DNA of 64,000 bases from the NCBI GenBank assembly GCA_002319955.1, contig DCJS01000033.1, positions 34,582-98,581 of the forward strand. The letters are read 5' to 3'. This DNA comes from Flavobacteriales bacterium UBA1694. GTDB taxonomy: Bacteria; Bacteroidota; Bacteroidia; Flavobacteriales; Weeksellaceae. Below the pieces are notes generated by a model that was given only the letters and a program-made list of their open reading frames with translations, was not told the origin of the DNA and made no database searches. Below are positions 1-10,655 of the stretch, in pieces (within the stretch, counting starts at the first letter, position 1; each line of letters starts with the position of its first letter). The translations under genes and the position numbers were made by a program.

Positions 1-294
1 TCCAGAATGGGTGAATTCTTCAACATTATTTTAGTGTCCTTAGAGCAAACCGCCGATGAAAATATCGACGATATCCGAGTGGAACGTGATAAAGTGCGCT
101 CGTATATCAATGAGCGACTGACTTACCAAATCGCCAACATAAACAAGACGAAGCCGTCAACAAAAGAGGGCGTTCTCCAAACGAATGTCTTTTTACAAAG
201 TCGCGATATTCAAGCGGTATTAATGCGGATTTCAAAAATGTTCATTAATCTGTATGAGACCAGAATTAATGAGGCGAGCGAAATTAAAAACTAG
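1..294 (+). CDS. hypothetical protein, C-terminal fragment (5' end probably outside window)
   Basis: Frame is open from base 1 to TAG at 292-294. A perfect 14-bp hairpin terminator follows. No recognisable motif. Confidence 0.4.
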   Translation, partial: SRMGEFFNIILVSLEQTADENIDDIRVERDKVRSYINERLTYQIANINKTKPSTKEGVLQTNVFLQSRDIQAVLMRISKMFINLYETRINEASEIKN

Positions 295-310
295 AAACTA
301 AAATTAGCAC

Positions 311-347
311 GAATCAATCCACTCAAAAGAGTGGATTGATTCTTTTA
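311..347 (+). terminator. rho-independent terminator
   Basis: gaatcaatccactc / gagtggattgattc form a perfect 14-bp stem with a 4-nt loop, followed by TTTT. Confidence 0.8.
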
Positions 348-391
348 GCACGAGTTTCTCATCGTGCCTTAAACGTTCTGCAAGTTTTCTT

Positions 392-399
392 TATCTTTG
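392..399 (+). promoter_or_regulatory. Bacteroidota-type -7 promoter box
   Basis: Exact TAnnTTTG (TATCTTTG) 19 nt upstream of the prfA ATG. Confidence 0.45.
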
Positions 400-418
400 C
401 ACCCACAAAAAGTTATCC

Positions 419-1504
419 ATGTCAAAATCCTTAATTCCAAAGCTTGAAGCAATCAAGCAACGCTATAACGAAGTCGCCGATCTTATCATTCAACCGGATG
501 TTATCATGGATCAAAAGCGGTATTCGCAGCTTAACAAAGAATACAGTGATCTGGGTAAGATTGTTACGGTATATCTGGACTATAAATCCGCTCTAGATAC
601 AATTAAAGAATCAGAGGAAATTATTGCGGAAGGAAGTGATAAAGAATTCGTTGACTTAGCCAAACTCGAAAAATTTGAAGCGCAAGAAAAACTACCTGAA
701 TTTGAGGAGGCCCTAAAGGTGCTCTTAATCCCGAAAGACCCTACAGACGATAAGAATGTCATTGTGGAGCTTCGAGCTGGCACTGGTGGAGATGAGGCAG
801 CGATTTTTGTCGAAGATATTTACAGAATGTACGCCATGTACTTCAAAACCAAAGGCTGGAAGCACGAAATCACGGATTCAAGTGACGCGGCCAAAGGCTA
901 CAAAGAGCTTATCATGAAAGTGGAAGGCGATGGTATTTTTGGTATCATGAAATTTGAATCGGGCGTGCACCGGGTTCAAAGAGTTCCCGAAACGGAGTCT
1001 CAAGGACGCGTTCACACCTCAGCCATTACCGTGGCGGTTCTGCCGGAAGCGGAAGAGGTCGATGTGGAGCTCAATCCAGCCGATATAGAAATGCAAACCT
1101 CCCGTTCAGGAGGGGCCGGTGGTCAGAACGTAAACAAGGTGGAAACCAAAGTTCAATTGACCCATAAACCCTCTGGCATTGTGGTGGTCTGCCAACAGGC
1201 GCGCTCGCAGCTTGCTAACCGAGAACTAGCAATGGAAATGCTTAGAACAAAGCTTTACGATATTGAACTTCAAAAAGTACAAGGCGATGTGGCTGCCAAG
1301 CGAAAGTCTATGGTGTCAACAGGAGACCGTTCTGCAAAGATCAAAACCTACAATTACCCGCAAGGGCGTGTGACGGATCACCGGATTAATAAGTCGGTTT
1401 ACAATTTGGACGCCTACATGAATGGGGATATTCAAGAAATGATTGACGCGGTTATTATGGCAGAAAATGCTGAAAAGATGAAAGGAGCGGAAGACGACTA
1501 CTAA
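419..1504 (+). CDS. prfA: peptide chain release factor 1
   Basis: 361 aa. GGQ motif ([12 protein letters not shown]) and RF1-type PxT tripeptide ([15 protein letters not shown]). Confidence 0.95.
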   Translation: MSKSLIPKLEAIKQRYNEVADLIIQPDVIMDQKRYSQLNKEYSDLGKIVTVYLDYKSALDTIKESEEIIAEGSDKEFVDLAKLEKFEAQEKLPEFEEALKVLLIPKDPTDDKNVIVELRAGTGGDEAAIFVEDIYRMYAMYFKTKGWKHEITDSSDAAKGYKELIMKVEGDGIFGIMKFESGVHRVQRVPETESQGRVHTSAITVAVLPEAEEVDVELNPADIEMQTSRSGGAGGQNVNKVETKVQLTHKPSGIVVVCQQARSQLANRELAMEMLRTKLYDIELQKVQGDVAAKRKSMVSTGDRSAKIKTYNYPQGRVTDHRINKSVYNLDAYMNGDIQEMIDAVIMAENAEKMKGAEDDY

Positions 1505-1550
1505 ACGTTTGGTTTAGTATTTGTTGCACTTTACTCTAAATCCCTAACCT

Positions 1551-1886
1551 ATGAAAAAATTAAGTTTTCTTATCCTAAGCGTCAGTCTTCTCACCTTAAG
1601 CTCGTGTGTTAAGGAGAAAACGACGATTCTTGAATCTGACGGTGATAAAACAACCATTGAGCATCTTGGAATTGACAAGCAAAAAGTGGACTCAACAGCA
1701 GACTCAATTAAATCGAAAGCGCAAAATGCTGCTGATAAAGCAAAAACAAAATTGAATGAGGTTGGAGATGTCCTAAAGGAAGAGTCAAAAGATCTTAGAG
1801 AGGAAGCGAAAAAAGCAACCGCTGAGGCCGCCTCTGCCGTAGAGAAAGGTGCAAAAGAGGTAAAAGAATCCGTTTCAAAGGACTAA
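1551..1886 (+). CDS. lipoprotein, Lys/Ala/Glu-rich (YtxH/LEA-like low complexity)
   Basis: Signal peptide with lipobox (LTLSSC). Charged repetitive body. A terminator follows. Confidence 0.6.
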   Translation: MKKLSFLILSVSLLTLSSCVKEKTTILESDGDKTTIEHLGIDKQKVDSTADSIKSKAQNAADKAKTKLNEVGDVLKEESKDLREEAKKATAEAASAVEKGAKEVKESVSKD

Positions 1887-1905
1887 ACCTTTTTGAAAGG
1901 AACCT

Positions 1906-1937
1906 AAAGCTTGCTATTTTTAAGCAGGCTTTTTTTT
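1906..1937 (+). terminator. rho-independent terminator
   Basis: aaagcttgct / agcaggcttt form a 10-bp stem (one G-U) followed by a T-run. Confidence 0.75.
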
Positions 1938-2027
1938 GCTTTATGACCAGCCCCGTTAGGTATCTGAGGTCCTAGGGATCAAAACCTAGCAAAATTTTGT
2001 AACTTTACTCCATATTAAATTCGTGTT

Positions 2028-4145
2028 ATGCGTCAGAAAATCCAGAACCAAAAGCCTGATTTTAAGTTAGATAGTCCGGATAAGCTCCCGTACTTTTTTG
2101 AAAAGGATGGGCTGGAATTGAAATCTTTTTATACGCTGGCCGATACAGATCTTAACCTTAGCTCTAGTGTCAGCGCTGGGATTGAGCCCTTTTTAAGAGG
2201 ACCGTATCCAACCATGTATGTGCAAAAGCCATGGACCATTCGTCAGTACGCAGGATTCTCTACGGCTGAAGCTTCCAACGCATTTTACTTAAAAAATCTA
2301 GCGGCAGGCCAAAAAGGACTTTCAGTCGCTTTTGATTTGGCCACACACCGAGGGTATGATTCCGACCACCCACGAGTGGAAGGCGATGTGGGAAAGGCCG
2401 GGGTGGCCATTGATACGGTTGAGGACATGAAGATTCTGTTCAATAACATCCCATTAGATGAGATCTCTGTGTCCATGACAATGAATGGCGCGGTACTTCC
2501 AATTTTAGCCTTTTATATTGTGGCTGCCCAAGAGCAGGGCGTACACGAAAGTCAGTTATCAGGAACCATACAAAATGATATTCTGAAGGAGTTTATGGTA
2601 AGAAACACCTACATCTATCCTCCCAAACCTTCAATGAAGATCATTGCCGATATTTTCGAGTATACGGCCCAAAACATACCCAAATTCAATTCAATTTCAA
2701 TCTCAGGCTACCATATGCAGGAAGCCGGTGCGACGCCCGTTTTAGAAATGGCCTACACCTTAGCCGATGGCTTAGAGTATGTGCGCACTGGAATTAAAGC
2801 GGGCATGCCAATTGATACCTTTGCTCCGCGTCTTTCCTTTTTCTGGGCTGTGGGAATGAACCACTTTATGGAGATTGCCAAAATGAGAGCCGCAAGGTAT
2901 TTGTGGGCTGAACTCCTGAAACCTTTTGAGCCTAAGAATCCTAAAAGTCTTGCTCTTCGGACCCACTCGCAAACTTCAGGCTGGAGCCTTACCGAGCAGG
3001 AGCCCTTTAATAACATTACAAGAACGGCTATAGAAGCGTTGTCTGCTGCCTTAGGCGGCACCCAATCGCTTCACACAAATGCTCTTGATGAAGCCATTGC
3101 CCTACCCACAGAATATTCAGCTAAAATAGCACGAAACACCCAGATCATTTTACAACAAGAAACTGGCATATGCGATGTGGTGGACCCTTTAGGCGGCAGC
3201 CATTTAGTCGAGGCTTTAACAAAGCAAATGATTGAGCAGGGTCTTAAGTATATTCAAGAAGTGGAAGAGCAAGGAGGCATGACCAAAGCTATAGAAAAGG
3301 GCATTCCAAAGATGCGTATTGAAGAAGCTGCGGCGCGCAAACAGGCGAAAATCGATTCGGGTGAAGAGTTTATCATCGGGGTGAATTCTTATAAATCAGA
3401 AATGGCTCAGCCAAGTTTCGAGATTTTAGATATTGATAATTCAGAAGTTCGCAGACAACAAATTGAGCGACTTAAACAAATTAAAAAGCAGCGTGATTCG
3501 AAGGCTGTTGAAGAGATTATTGAACAAATTAAAGACTGCGCTCAGAGCTCTAAGGGAAACTTATTAGCGCTTTGCATTGAGGCGGCCCGTCGGCGCGTGA
3601 GCTTAGGAGAAATGAGCGATGCAATGGAACAAAGCTTTGGTCGTTATAAAGCGAATATTAGAACCATTCAAGGAGTGTATGCGATGAGTGCAACGAAAAA
3701 TGAATTTTTTGCAAAGGCGCTGGCCTTATGTGAGGCCTTTGAGATCGAATTTGGACGTCGTCCAAGAATTATGGTAGCCAAAATGGGGCAAGACGGCCAT
3801 GACCGCGGTGCTAAAGTTGTCGCAACGGCCTTTGCAGACATGGGCTTTGATGTGGATGTGGCGCCGCTGTTTCAAACCCCAAGTGAAGTGGCACTTCAAG
3901 CGGTAGAGAACGATGTGCATATTTTAGGCATTTCCTCTCTTGCAGCCGGTCATAAAACCCTGGTCCCTCAGGTGGTCGAGGAATTAAAAAAGCGTGGGGC
4001 TGGCGATATAAAAATAGTTGTGGGTGGCGTTATTCCGCAGCAAGATTATCAGTTCCTCTATGAGAACGGGGCTGATTTTATCTTTGGACCAGGAACAAAC
4101 CTTCCAAAATCGGCATGTAGTATCCTAAAGGGCTACTTGAACTAA
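2028..4145 (+). CDS. methylmalonyl-CoA mutase, single-chain (mutase barrel fused to B12-binding domain)
   Basis: 705 aa. Motifs [21 protein letters not shown] and [12 protein letters not shown]-terminal DxHxxG cobalamin motif ([12 protein letters not shown]). meaB lies nearby. Confidence 0.9.
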   Translation: MRQKIQNQKPDFKLDSPDKLPYFFEKDGLELKSFYTLADTDLNLSSSVSAGIEPFLRGPYPTMYVQKPWTIRQYAGFSTAEASNAFYLKNLAAGQKGLSVAFDLATHRGYDSDHPRVEGDVGKAGVAIDTVEDMKILFNNIPLDEISVSMTMNGAVLPILAFYIVAAQEQGVHESQLSGTIQNDILKEFMVRNTYIYPPKPSMKIIADIFEYTAQNIPKFNSISISGYHMQEAGATPVLEMAYTLADGLEYVRTGIKAGMPIDTFAPRLSFFWAVGMNHFMEIAKMRAARYLWAELLKPFEPKNPKSLALRTHSQTSGWSLTEQEPFNNITRTAIEALSAALGGTQSLHTNALDEAIALPTEYSAKIARNTQIILQQETGICDVVDPLGGSHLVEALTKQMIEQGLKYIQEVEEQGGMTKAIEKGIPKMRIEEAAARKQAKIDSGEEFIIGVNSYKSEMAQPSFEILDIDNSEVRRQQIERLKQIKKQRDSKAVEEIIEQIKDCAQSSKGNLLALCIEAARRRVSLGEMSDAMEQSFGRYKANIRTIQGVYAMSATKNEFFAKALALCEAFEIEFGRRPRIMVAKMGQDGHDRGAKVVATAFADMGFDVDVAPLFQTPSEVALQAVENDVHILGISSLAAGHKTLVPQVVEELKKRGAGDIKIVVGGVIPQQDYQFLYENGADFIFGPGTNLPKSACSILKGYLN

Positions 4146-4154
4146 GATACCAAC

Positions 4155-4190
4155 AAAAAAAAGGCTTTCAGATTTGAAAGCCTTTTTCGT
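4155..4190. terminator. bidirectional terminator between convergent genes
   Basis: aaaaaggctttca / tgaaagccttttt form a 13-bp stem with a 4-nt loop, an A-run on one side and a T-run on the other. Confidence 0.8.
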
Positions 4191-4192
4191 CA

Positions 4193-4468
4193 TTAGTTGG
4201 ACGCAGCGACGTAGTCGTAGACTAGTTTTCCCTGCGCCTCAGTTAGTTTTGCTTTTGGAGCCATGGAGTTCACCAGTCCTACCCACTGCTCATCGGTAAA
4301 GGCTTTGGGCTCAGGCAACGCGTGGCATTTGTGGCAGGAGTTTTCAAAAATTGTTTTCCCCTCTGCATGGGCCTCAGCGCGAGCCATTTTCTTTCCAGCG
4401 GTGCCAGTTTGAGTACAAGAGGCTAAAAGCAATGCCAGTCCAAAGGTGCTAAAGATAGTTTTTTTCAT
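4193..4468 (-). CDS. small c-type cytochrome lipoprotein
   Basis: 91 aa. Lipobox LLLASC and a single CxxCH heme-c site (SCHKCH). Confidence 0.75.
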   Translation of the reverse strand: MKKTIFSTFGLALLLASCTQTGTAGKKMARAEAHAEGKTIFENSCHKCHALPEPKAFTDEQWVGLVNSMAPKAKLTEAQGKLVYDYVAASN

Positions 4469-4537
4469 AGTCTTCTATTTGTTAGTTGGTATTTTTGGTT
4501 AAATTTAAATAAATTACCACAACTAACCAATCACACA

Positions 4538-5542
4538 ATGGAATTAAGATGGAAAGTTAGAAGATTAGCTTTAAAAGAGACCTTTGCAATCGCGCACGGA
4601 AACTATGATTCCCGGCAGTCCCTTCTGGTTGAAATTACTCATGGAGGGAAATCAGGCTACGGCGAGTGCGTGGAAATTAGCTATTATGGAATTGTACTTG
4701 CAGATTTTTATGATGCTCTGAGCGGCCTATCTAAATTGTTGAAAAGCCAGGAACTGGTTCATCCTTCTAAGTTTTATGAGTTTCTAACGGTTTTTTCGGC
4801 GCATCCCTTTTTGCGCAGTGCCGTAGACTGCGCGTATTGGGATTTATATGGCAAAGTCTTCGAAAAATCATTTGCAGAATTAAATGGACTGCAAGGCAAA
4901 CTTCCACAGTCGTCCCTTACTCTTAGTTGTATGCCTGTGGACTTACAAATAGAAAAACTTAAGCAGACCCCGTGGGATCATTTTAAAGTGAAATGCGTGG
5001 GTTGGGATCCTCAAAGGGTGCAGGCCCTTTTAGAGACTGGGAAAAAGATTGCATTGGATGCAAATACAAGCTTTAGCCCAAAGGACTGCGAAGAGATAAG
5101 TTTAAGCGAACTTGGTCGCGAATTAACCTACATTGAGCAGCCCTTAAAAATTGGACAGTATGAATCCCTTTCGAGTAGGGATTCCTGCAACTGGATGGCC
5201 GATGAAGACTTACAGGATGACTTGCAACTCGATCAGTTAGTTGGCCATTACCAGTCAATTAATATAAAACTTATGAAGTGTGGGGGACTTACTCCGGCAC
5301 TAGCGCTAATTAAAAAAGCAAAGTCTAAAGGGTTTAAGATCATGATTGGCTGCATGACAGAGTCCTCCGTAGGTATTTCTGCCGGCATTGCCCTTGCTTC
5401 ACTCTGTGACTATGCAGACCTTGATGGGGCGGAATTGATTGCCAATGACGATGCCACGGGCAGTTATGTGAGAAATGGAACGTTGAGCCTGGCAGAAGGA
5501 CCAGGACTAGGAATAACAATGAATACGGGCGTAATTACTTAA
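4538..5542 (+). CDS. enolase-superfamily dipeptide epimerase (L-Ala-D/L-Glu epimerase-like)
   Basis: KxK (FKVKC); metal ligands LDAN, IEQP, ADED; second catalytic Lys (NIKLMKCGG); DLDG. Confidence 0.75.
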   Translation: MELRWKVRRLALKETFAIAHGNYDSRQSLLVEITHGGKSGYGECVEISYYGIVLADFYDALSGLSKLLKSQELVHPSKFYEFLTVFSAHPFLRSAVDCAYWDLYGKVFEKSFAELNGLQGKLPQSSLTLSCMPVDLQIEKLKQTPWDHFKVKCVGWDPQRVQALLETGKKIALDANTSFSPKDCEEISLSELGRELTYIEQPLKIGQYESLSSRDSCNWMADEDLQDDLQLDQLVGHYQSINIKLMKCGGLTPALALIKKAKSKGFKIMIGCMTESSVGISAGIALASLCDYADLDGAELIANDDATGSYVRNGTLSLAEGPGLGITMNTGVIT

Positions 5543-5545
5543 TAG

Positions 5546-6532
5546 ATGAGTGAAATAACGACAAAGGAATTTATCGATGGAATTCTAAAAGCAGATAAAC
5601 GGATGCTTGCTAAAGCAATCACACTTATTGAGAGCACAAAATCAGCCCATCGCACTCAGGCTGAAGAGCTACTTTTTGAACTCATGCCATACACCGGTAA
5701 GTCGGTTCGCGTTGGCGTCACAGGAGTACCTGGAGTGGGTAAGTCTACCTTTATTGAAGCCTATGGACTACACGCCATTAAAGAAGGTAAAAAAGTGGCG
5801 GTACTCGCTATCGATCCGAGCTCCACACTTAACAAAGGCTCCATCTTAGGCGATAAAACAAGAATGGAAGAACTTAGCCGGGCGCCTGAGGCATTTATTC
5901 GGCCCTCGCCAAGTTCTGGATTTCTAGGGGGCGTTGCAAACACGACTTTTGAAACCATGTTACTTTGCGAAGCTGCAGGGTACGATTATATTTTAATAGA
6001 AACAGTCGGTGTTGGGCAGAGTGAAGTGATGGTTTCGGAACTAACCGATGTTTTTCTGTTTTTAAAAATTACTGGAGGGGGTGATGAGCTTCAAGGAATC
6101 AAGCGGGGCATTATGGAAATGGTGGACCTGATATTCATTAATAAAGTGGAGGGTGAGAATCGAACCCTAGCAAAGCAAACAAAACAAGAACTTTTAAGAG
6201 CCCTATACTTTTTGCCATCGAAAGAAGAGAACTGGAAAGTCCCCGTCCTATTAGGCTCCGCACTTCAAGGTGAAGGACTTGAGACTGTTTACGAGTCCAT
6301 CACCAAGTTTATTGATCAAAAAAGGGCGTCAGGGCGCTTGGTTGAATCCCGAAAAGAGCAGGCTGAAAAGCGGTTTTTCTATTGGGTCCAGCACTACCTT
6401 CTAGAGCATACCACAGCCGATGTTCGTTTGGCCAAGAATTACCAGCAGCATCGACGAAATGCCTTTGAGCTTCGTGCAACGCCGAGCTCAGAGGCAAAAC
6501 GTTTTGTGGATCTTATTTTTAAATCTACTTAA
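5546..6532 (+). CDS. meaB: methylmalonyl-CoA mutase-associated GTPase MeaB (ArgK family)
   Basis: P-loop GVTGVPGVGKST, ETVGVGQSE, NKVE. Starts 3 nt after the previous stop. Confidence 0.9.
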   Translation: MSEITTKEFIDGILKADKRMLAKAITLIESTKSAHRTQAEELLFELMPYTGKSVRVGVTGVPGVGKSTFIEAYGLHAIKEGKKVAVLAIDPSSTLNKGSILGDKTRMEELSRAPEAFIRPSPSSGFLGGVANTTFETMLLCEAAGYDYILIETVGVGQSEVMVSELTDVFLFLKITGGGDELQGIKRGIMEMVDLIFINKVEGENRTLAKQTKQELLRALYFLPSKEENWKVPVLLGSALQGEGLETVYESITKFIDQKRASGRLVESRKEQAEKRFFYWVQHYLLEHTTADVRLAKNYQQHRRNAFELRATPSSEAKRFVDLIFKST

Positions 6533-7052
6533 GCGGCTCGTTTTTCATTAGATACCCATCATAAGAGATCAGTTGACGGTCACTTGCTTCAATGGTGAGG
6601 TAAGCGCGGCCGTTAGGGTAAATTTGCATTACCATTTTCTGAATATGGGAAATGTCATTTGGTCTTATAGTGACGACAGTGAGATCGCGTTTGCCTTTAG
6701 ACTGCACGTAACTATAGTTGCTAGAAGTGAATCGGTAGCTCTGTTTGTCCGGATCCATGCTCGGGGTATAGGTGCGTCCAAAGTACGGAAGCGTTGAGGT
6801 CATTTTTTCTTTTTTTATCTCTACCGTGTATCCATAGTCTAGGTCGAGAAGCCTTGAGGCTCCTGACCCTGTAACCCCATTCATCACTCTGGAAATATCA
6901 TTTGTTGACGGAATTGCTTTGGTAGCCATAAAGGTAAATTCCTTAGAAGTAAGTAGCGAGTCTACAGTGCTTGCGTCGAGGTAATTTTGCGAACTGCAGG
7001 ATTGGAAACTTAAAACAAAAACGGCAATAACTAAGAGTATATATTTATTCAT
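6525..7052 (-). CDS. lipoprotein (DUF4251-like, from memory)
   Basis: Signal peptide with Cys (LSFQSCSS) and a beta-rich body. The 3' end overlaps the meaB 3' end by 8 nt (convergent). Confidence 0.55.
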   Translation of the reverse strand: MNKYILLVIAVFVLSFQSCSSQNYLDASTVDSLLTSKEFTFMATKAIPSTNDISRVMNGVTGSGASRLLDLDYGYTVEIKKEKMTSTLPYFGRTYTPSMDPDKQSYRFTSSNYSYVQSKGKRDLTVVTIRPNDISHIQKMVMQIYPNGRAYLTIEASDRQLISYDGYLMKNEPLK

Positions 7053-7167
7053 TTTGTAATATTTAATAGGTTTATTACAAAATTCGTGCTTAACTCCGCT
7101 TCTAGGTCAATAAGTTTCAAGATTGGAACAAAAATTGTAAATAGTCTAAGTATTAATACTCAAAACT

Positions 7168-7977
7168 ATGAAAATTAGAAACATTTTAACGCTGAGTGGA
7201 GCATCCCTACTACTGCTCGCTTGTACAACAAATCCAATTACCGGACGTAAGTCCGTACAAATTGTTGGCGATCAAGAAATTGCCAGCATGGCCGTTCAGC
7301 AATACCAAGAGGTCTTGTCAAAATCCAAAGTGATTAAAGGGACCACCGCTGCAAAGCAGGTACAGAATGTTGGGCTTCGTTTACAAAATGCGGCTAGAAA
7401 TTATTATAGCGCCATTGGACGCTTAGAGGATTTATCAGCCTTTAAATGGGAGTATAACCTTATTCAAGACGCCTCCGCAAATGCTTGGTGTATGCCAGGG
7501 GGTAAAGTAGCTGTTTATTCAGGTATTTTACCAATTACGCAGAGTGAAAATGGCCTAGCCGTTGTGCTAGGGCATGAAATATCCCACGCACTGGCAGGGC
7601 ATGGAAATGAGAGAATTTCTCAAGGAATGCTAGCGCAGTATGGAGGTCAGATATTAGGAAGCACCATTTCGAATGGGCAAATTGCCCAAATATTTGGCTC
7701 GCTGTATCCCGTAGGTGCACAGGTTGCTTTACTTCAGTATGGAAGAAAACAAGAATTAGAAGCCGATCAAATGGGCCTATACCTTATGGGTATGGCTGGT
7801 TATGATCCAAGAGGCGCTGAGCCATTTTGGAGCCGTATGGAGTCAATGACTACCAGTGGGAATAGACCCCCAGAGTTTCTATCTACTCACCCTAGTCCTG
7901 AGAATAGACGATCAGAAATCGCAAAAAACTTACCTAAAGCTCTTGAATATTATAAGAGCGCCGGCGGTAAAATTTAA
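7168..7977 (+). CDS. M48-family zinc metallopeptidase lipoprotein
   Basis: Lipobox LLLACT, HExxH (GHEISHALAGH), downstream ELEADQ. Confidence 0.85.
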   Translation: MKIRNILTLSGASLLLLACTTNPITGRKSVQIVGDQEIASMAVQQYQEVLSKSKVIKGTTAAKQVQNVGLRLQNAARNYYSAIGRLEDLSAFKWEYNLIQDASANAWCMPGGKVAVYSGILPITQSENGLAVVLGHEISHALAGHGNERISQGMLAQYGGQILGSTISNGQIAQIFGSLYPVGAQVALLQYGRKQELEADQMGLYLMGMAGYDPRGAEPFWSRMESMTTSGNRPPEFLSTHPSPENRRSEIAKNLPKALEYYKSAGGKI

Positions 7978-8047
7978 ATCCACTCATTTTATAACTAAAC
8001 CTCTTCGGAATTTTACTAAATTTGGAGAGGTTTTTAATTTATATACT

Positions 8048-8374
8048 ATGAAAAGTCTAAGTTTCGTTGGCGTTATTCTCCTGGTTATCGCTACTTTTTT
8101 GTTCTACCTTACCACTGATTTTGCTGTCGAACAAATTAAATTGTCGCACATTATGGGAATCATGGCCGGTGTCGGGCTAGGCCTAATCCTTGGTGGCATG
8201 GTTGGCTATGTAAGTAAAGGCACGGCCTTAAAGCAAGAGCAAAAACGCCGAGAATTCAAGCAACTTCAGAAAGAAAAGCTTGAATTGGAGCGAAAGGCTG
8301 ATGAACTGGCTAAACTCAAAGCAATCGAAGAGACTAAGATTGCAACTCAAAATACAAATCCCCCGAATTACTAA
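8048..8374 (+). CDS. small membrane protein with charged coiled-coil tail
   Basis: ATG at 8048 (MKSLSFVGVILL) chosen because the longer ORF from 7856 overlaps the M48 gene. Two predicted TM helices, then a KQEQKRREFKQLQKEKLELERK tail. Confidence 0.55.
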   Translation: MKSLSFVGVILLVIATFLFYLTTDFAVEQIKLSHIMGIMAGVGLGLILGGMVGYVSKGTALKQEQKRREFKQLQKEKLELERKADELAKLKAIEETKIATQNTNPPNY

Positions 8375-8393
8375 TTCAGGGGATTCCTTTTTT
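8357..8393. terminator. terminator between convergent genes
   Basis: aaatccc / ggggatt outer stem plus gaatt / aattc inner stem, followed by TTTTTT. Confidence 0.7.
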
Positions 8394-8408
8394 GAGGTGT
8401 TGTGCGGT

Positions 8409-9035
8409 TTAGAATTCGTATCCTAGACCGATTATAAATAAACTTGGACGGTTGTCGTAACGAACCGTGTAAGATTCTCCAGCCACATTGTTGTTAATAA
8501 ACTCACGTTGGTCCTCCGTAAAGGCCCCTTCGTAACGCGCATTGACAAGGAGTTTGTTTAGTTTTACTTGAGCTCCAAATTGGTAGCCCAATGTAAAGTT
8601 TGATTCGGCATTTTCCTTAAAATCGTTAAACTGATTCTCTGAACTAAGGTTGTAACTCGCTACTGGACCTACAAATACGCCTAAGTTATCGCCTAAAACA
8701 TTTAAACCAACCAAAACTGGCAAGTCTACACGGTTGCTTTTCGCCTCAATGGTGGTGTTGGTCACCGGATCCGTGAATTCGTTTTTAAAGGTGGTGTAAT
8801 AAAGCTCTGGCATAATAAAAAAAGCGGTTGGAAGATTTATCTTCGCAGAAAGTCCAACGTTGAACCCCGCATTGTTTTTGCCATTTGAATTGTAAGCGTC
8901 GCTCGCCGAATTCGAAATATTTTTCCAAGTTGGATCACTTGTCGGAAATAACAAGTTGGCTTTGGCCGCGAGTGATACTTGCGCAGAGACGGTCACAGAG
9001 AGACCGATAAGTGCAGCACTTATTATTTTTTTCAT
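8409..9035 (-). CDS. outer-membrane beta-barrel (porin-family) protein
   Basis: Signal peptide, alternating beta-strand pattern, C-terminal GLGYEF. Confidence 0.7.
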   Translation of the reverse strand: MKKIISAALIGLSVTVSAQVSLAAKANLLFPTSDPTWKNISNSASDAYNSNGKNNAGFNVGLSAKINLPTAFFIMPELYYTTFKNEFTDPVTNTTIEAKSNRVDLPVLVGLNVLGDNLGVFVGPVASYNLSSENQFNDFKENAESNFTLGYQFGAQVKLNKLLVNARYEGAFTEDQREFINNNVAGESYTVRYDNRPSLFIIGLGYEF

Positions 9036-9036
9036 C

Positions 9037-9837
9037 TTATTCGATTTTAGTTATTTGATTGTCTATTGATGTTTTCTTTGTCGTTAAAAAGTATTCTCTA
9101 AGTTCTTTAAACAGCTCTGAAGAATATACAAAATCAATTAGATTCTTGTTTCCAGCGGTAATTACATTGTTTTTATCGCCTTCCCATTCTAAGATGCCTT
9201 CCCTTAGGTATACAATTTTCTCGCCAATCGTCATAACCGAATTCATATCGTGGGTGTTAATAATCGTTGTGGTATTGTATTCCTTTGTGATTTCAAGAAT
9301 CAAATCATCAATAACATTCGATGTGTAGGGGTCTAATCCCGAGTTTGGTTCGTCGCAAAAAAGGTACTTCGGGTTGTTCACGATTGCCCGGGCAATGGCC
9401 ACCCTTTTTTGCATACCGCCTGAAATTTCTGAAGGGTATTTCCGCTGCGCTTTATCAAGTCTCACCAGACCCATCACTTCAAAAGCTCTTCTTTTTTTCT
9501 CACGAAAAGTTAAGTTCGTGAACATATCTAAGGGGAAGGTGATGTTTTCTTCGACCGTAAGAGAGTCAAATAGGGCGCTCCCTTGGAACAAGGTTCCCAT
9601 CTCAGAGCGTAGGGTTTGCTTTTCGTCTCGACCCATTTTCATGATGTCTCGCCCGTCAAACAAAATCGTCCCAGCGGAAGGTTCATGCACATTGAGAAGA
9701 GATTTGAGAAAGACGGTCTTGCCCGAGCCACTTTGCCCGATAATTAAATTGACTTTCCCGGTCTCAAAGATGGTGCTCAGGCCTTTAAGTACTTCTGTAC
9801 CGTCAAAGCTCTTTTTTAAATTTTTAACCTCTATCAT
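9037..9837 (-). CDS. ABC transporter ATP-binding protein (MlaF-like)
   Basis: Walker A GQSGSGKT, signature SGGMQKR, Walker B LFCDEP. Start set at the ATG giving MIEVKNLKKSF, which overlaps the upstream stop by 1 nt (TAATG). Confidence 0.85.
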   Translation of the reverse strand: MIEVKNLKKSFDGTEVLKGLSTIFETGKVNLIIGQSGSGKTVFLKSLLNVHEPSAGTILFDGRDIMKMGRDEKQTLRSEMGTLFQGSALFDSLTVEENITFPLDMFTNLTFREKKRRAFEVMGLVRLDKAQRKYPSEISGGMQKRVAIARAIVNNPKYLFCDEPNSGLDPYTSNVIDDLILEITKEYNTTTIINTHDMNSVMTIGEKIVYLREGILEWEGDKNNVITAGNKNLIDFVYSSELFKELREYFLTTKKTSIDNQITKIE

Positions 9838-10589
9838 TAGCTTAAGATCATTTGAGTTAAGATGAGTTCCGAAATGATAATAAATACCATGGTCCATACA
9901 ACGGCCTGGGTGCTGGCTCTACCGACTTCCAATGAGCCGCCTTTCACGTTGTAGCCAAAATAGGCTGGAACAGTGGCTATGATAAAGGCGAATACAGCCG
10001 TTTTGATAAAGGCATAATAGTAAAAGAGATCCGGCATGTACATTTGGATTCCTGCTTTGTACTCACCTGAAGTCCAGTTACCTGTAAATACTCCGGCAAG
10101 ATGGCCTCCATAAATACCGACCGTTATACTTAAAGCAATAAGCAGGGGATTAAAAATAACACAAGCAATAATTTTTGGCAATATTAAAAAATTGGCTGAA
10201 TTTACGCCCATAATATCGAGCGCATCGATTTGTTCCGAGACGCGCATGGTGCCTATACTGGAGGCAATATAGGATCCAACTTTCCCAGCTAAAATTAGAG
10301 AAATGATGGTGGGAGAAAATTCTAATACTAAAACTGCTTTGGTCGCATAGCCCACAAAGCTTTGTGGAATCGGGAAGGAGGACGCACTAAAGTTGTTATA
10401 CATTTGAACTGCGACAACAGCCCCCACGAAGATTGATGCAAATACGACCAGACCAAAAGAGTTCACACCTAAGTCGTGGATTTCACGCAATAAGAGTCTC
10501 CAAAAAACGGCTGGTTTTTGCGGTCTTCGAATGCCTTTCCCCATCAGCATGAAATACTCGCCAAATGCGGTTAAAAACTTTTTAGTCAT
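9837..10589 (-). CDS. ABC transporter permease (MlaE-like)
   Basis: 250 aa polytopic membrane protein with a SEQIDALDIMG segment. Translationally coupled to the ATPase. Confidence 0.85.
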   Translation of the reverse strand: MTKKFLTAFGEYFMLMGKGIRRPQKPAVFWRLLLREIHDLGVNSFGLVVFASIFVGAVVAVQMYNNFSASSFPIPQSFVGYATKAVLVLEFSPTIISLILAGKVGSYIASSIGTMRVSEQIDALDIMGVNSANFLILPKIIACVIFNPLLIALSITVGIYGGHLAGVFTGNWTSGEYKAGIQMYMPDLFYYYAFIKTAVFAFIIATVPAYFGYNVKGGSLEVGRASTQAVVWTMVFIIISELILTQMILS

Positions 10590-10655
10590 ACTGCGAAAGT
10601 AATATTAATATTTTAATTAAATCCATGTGATCTTACTGAACCGGCGTTTTACGCA

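Noticed and set aside
7856-8047. Long N-terminal extension of the small membrane protein ORF
   Set aside because: It overlaps the 3' end of the M48 peptidase gene in another frame. The internal ATG at 8048 begins a hydrophobic N-terminus.
9374-9865. 163-aa ORF on the plus strand
   Set aside because: Entirely antisense to the well-supported ABC ATPase gene. No motif and no promoter box. A typical shadow ORF.
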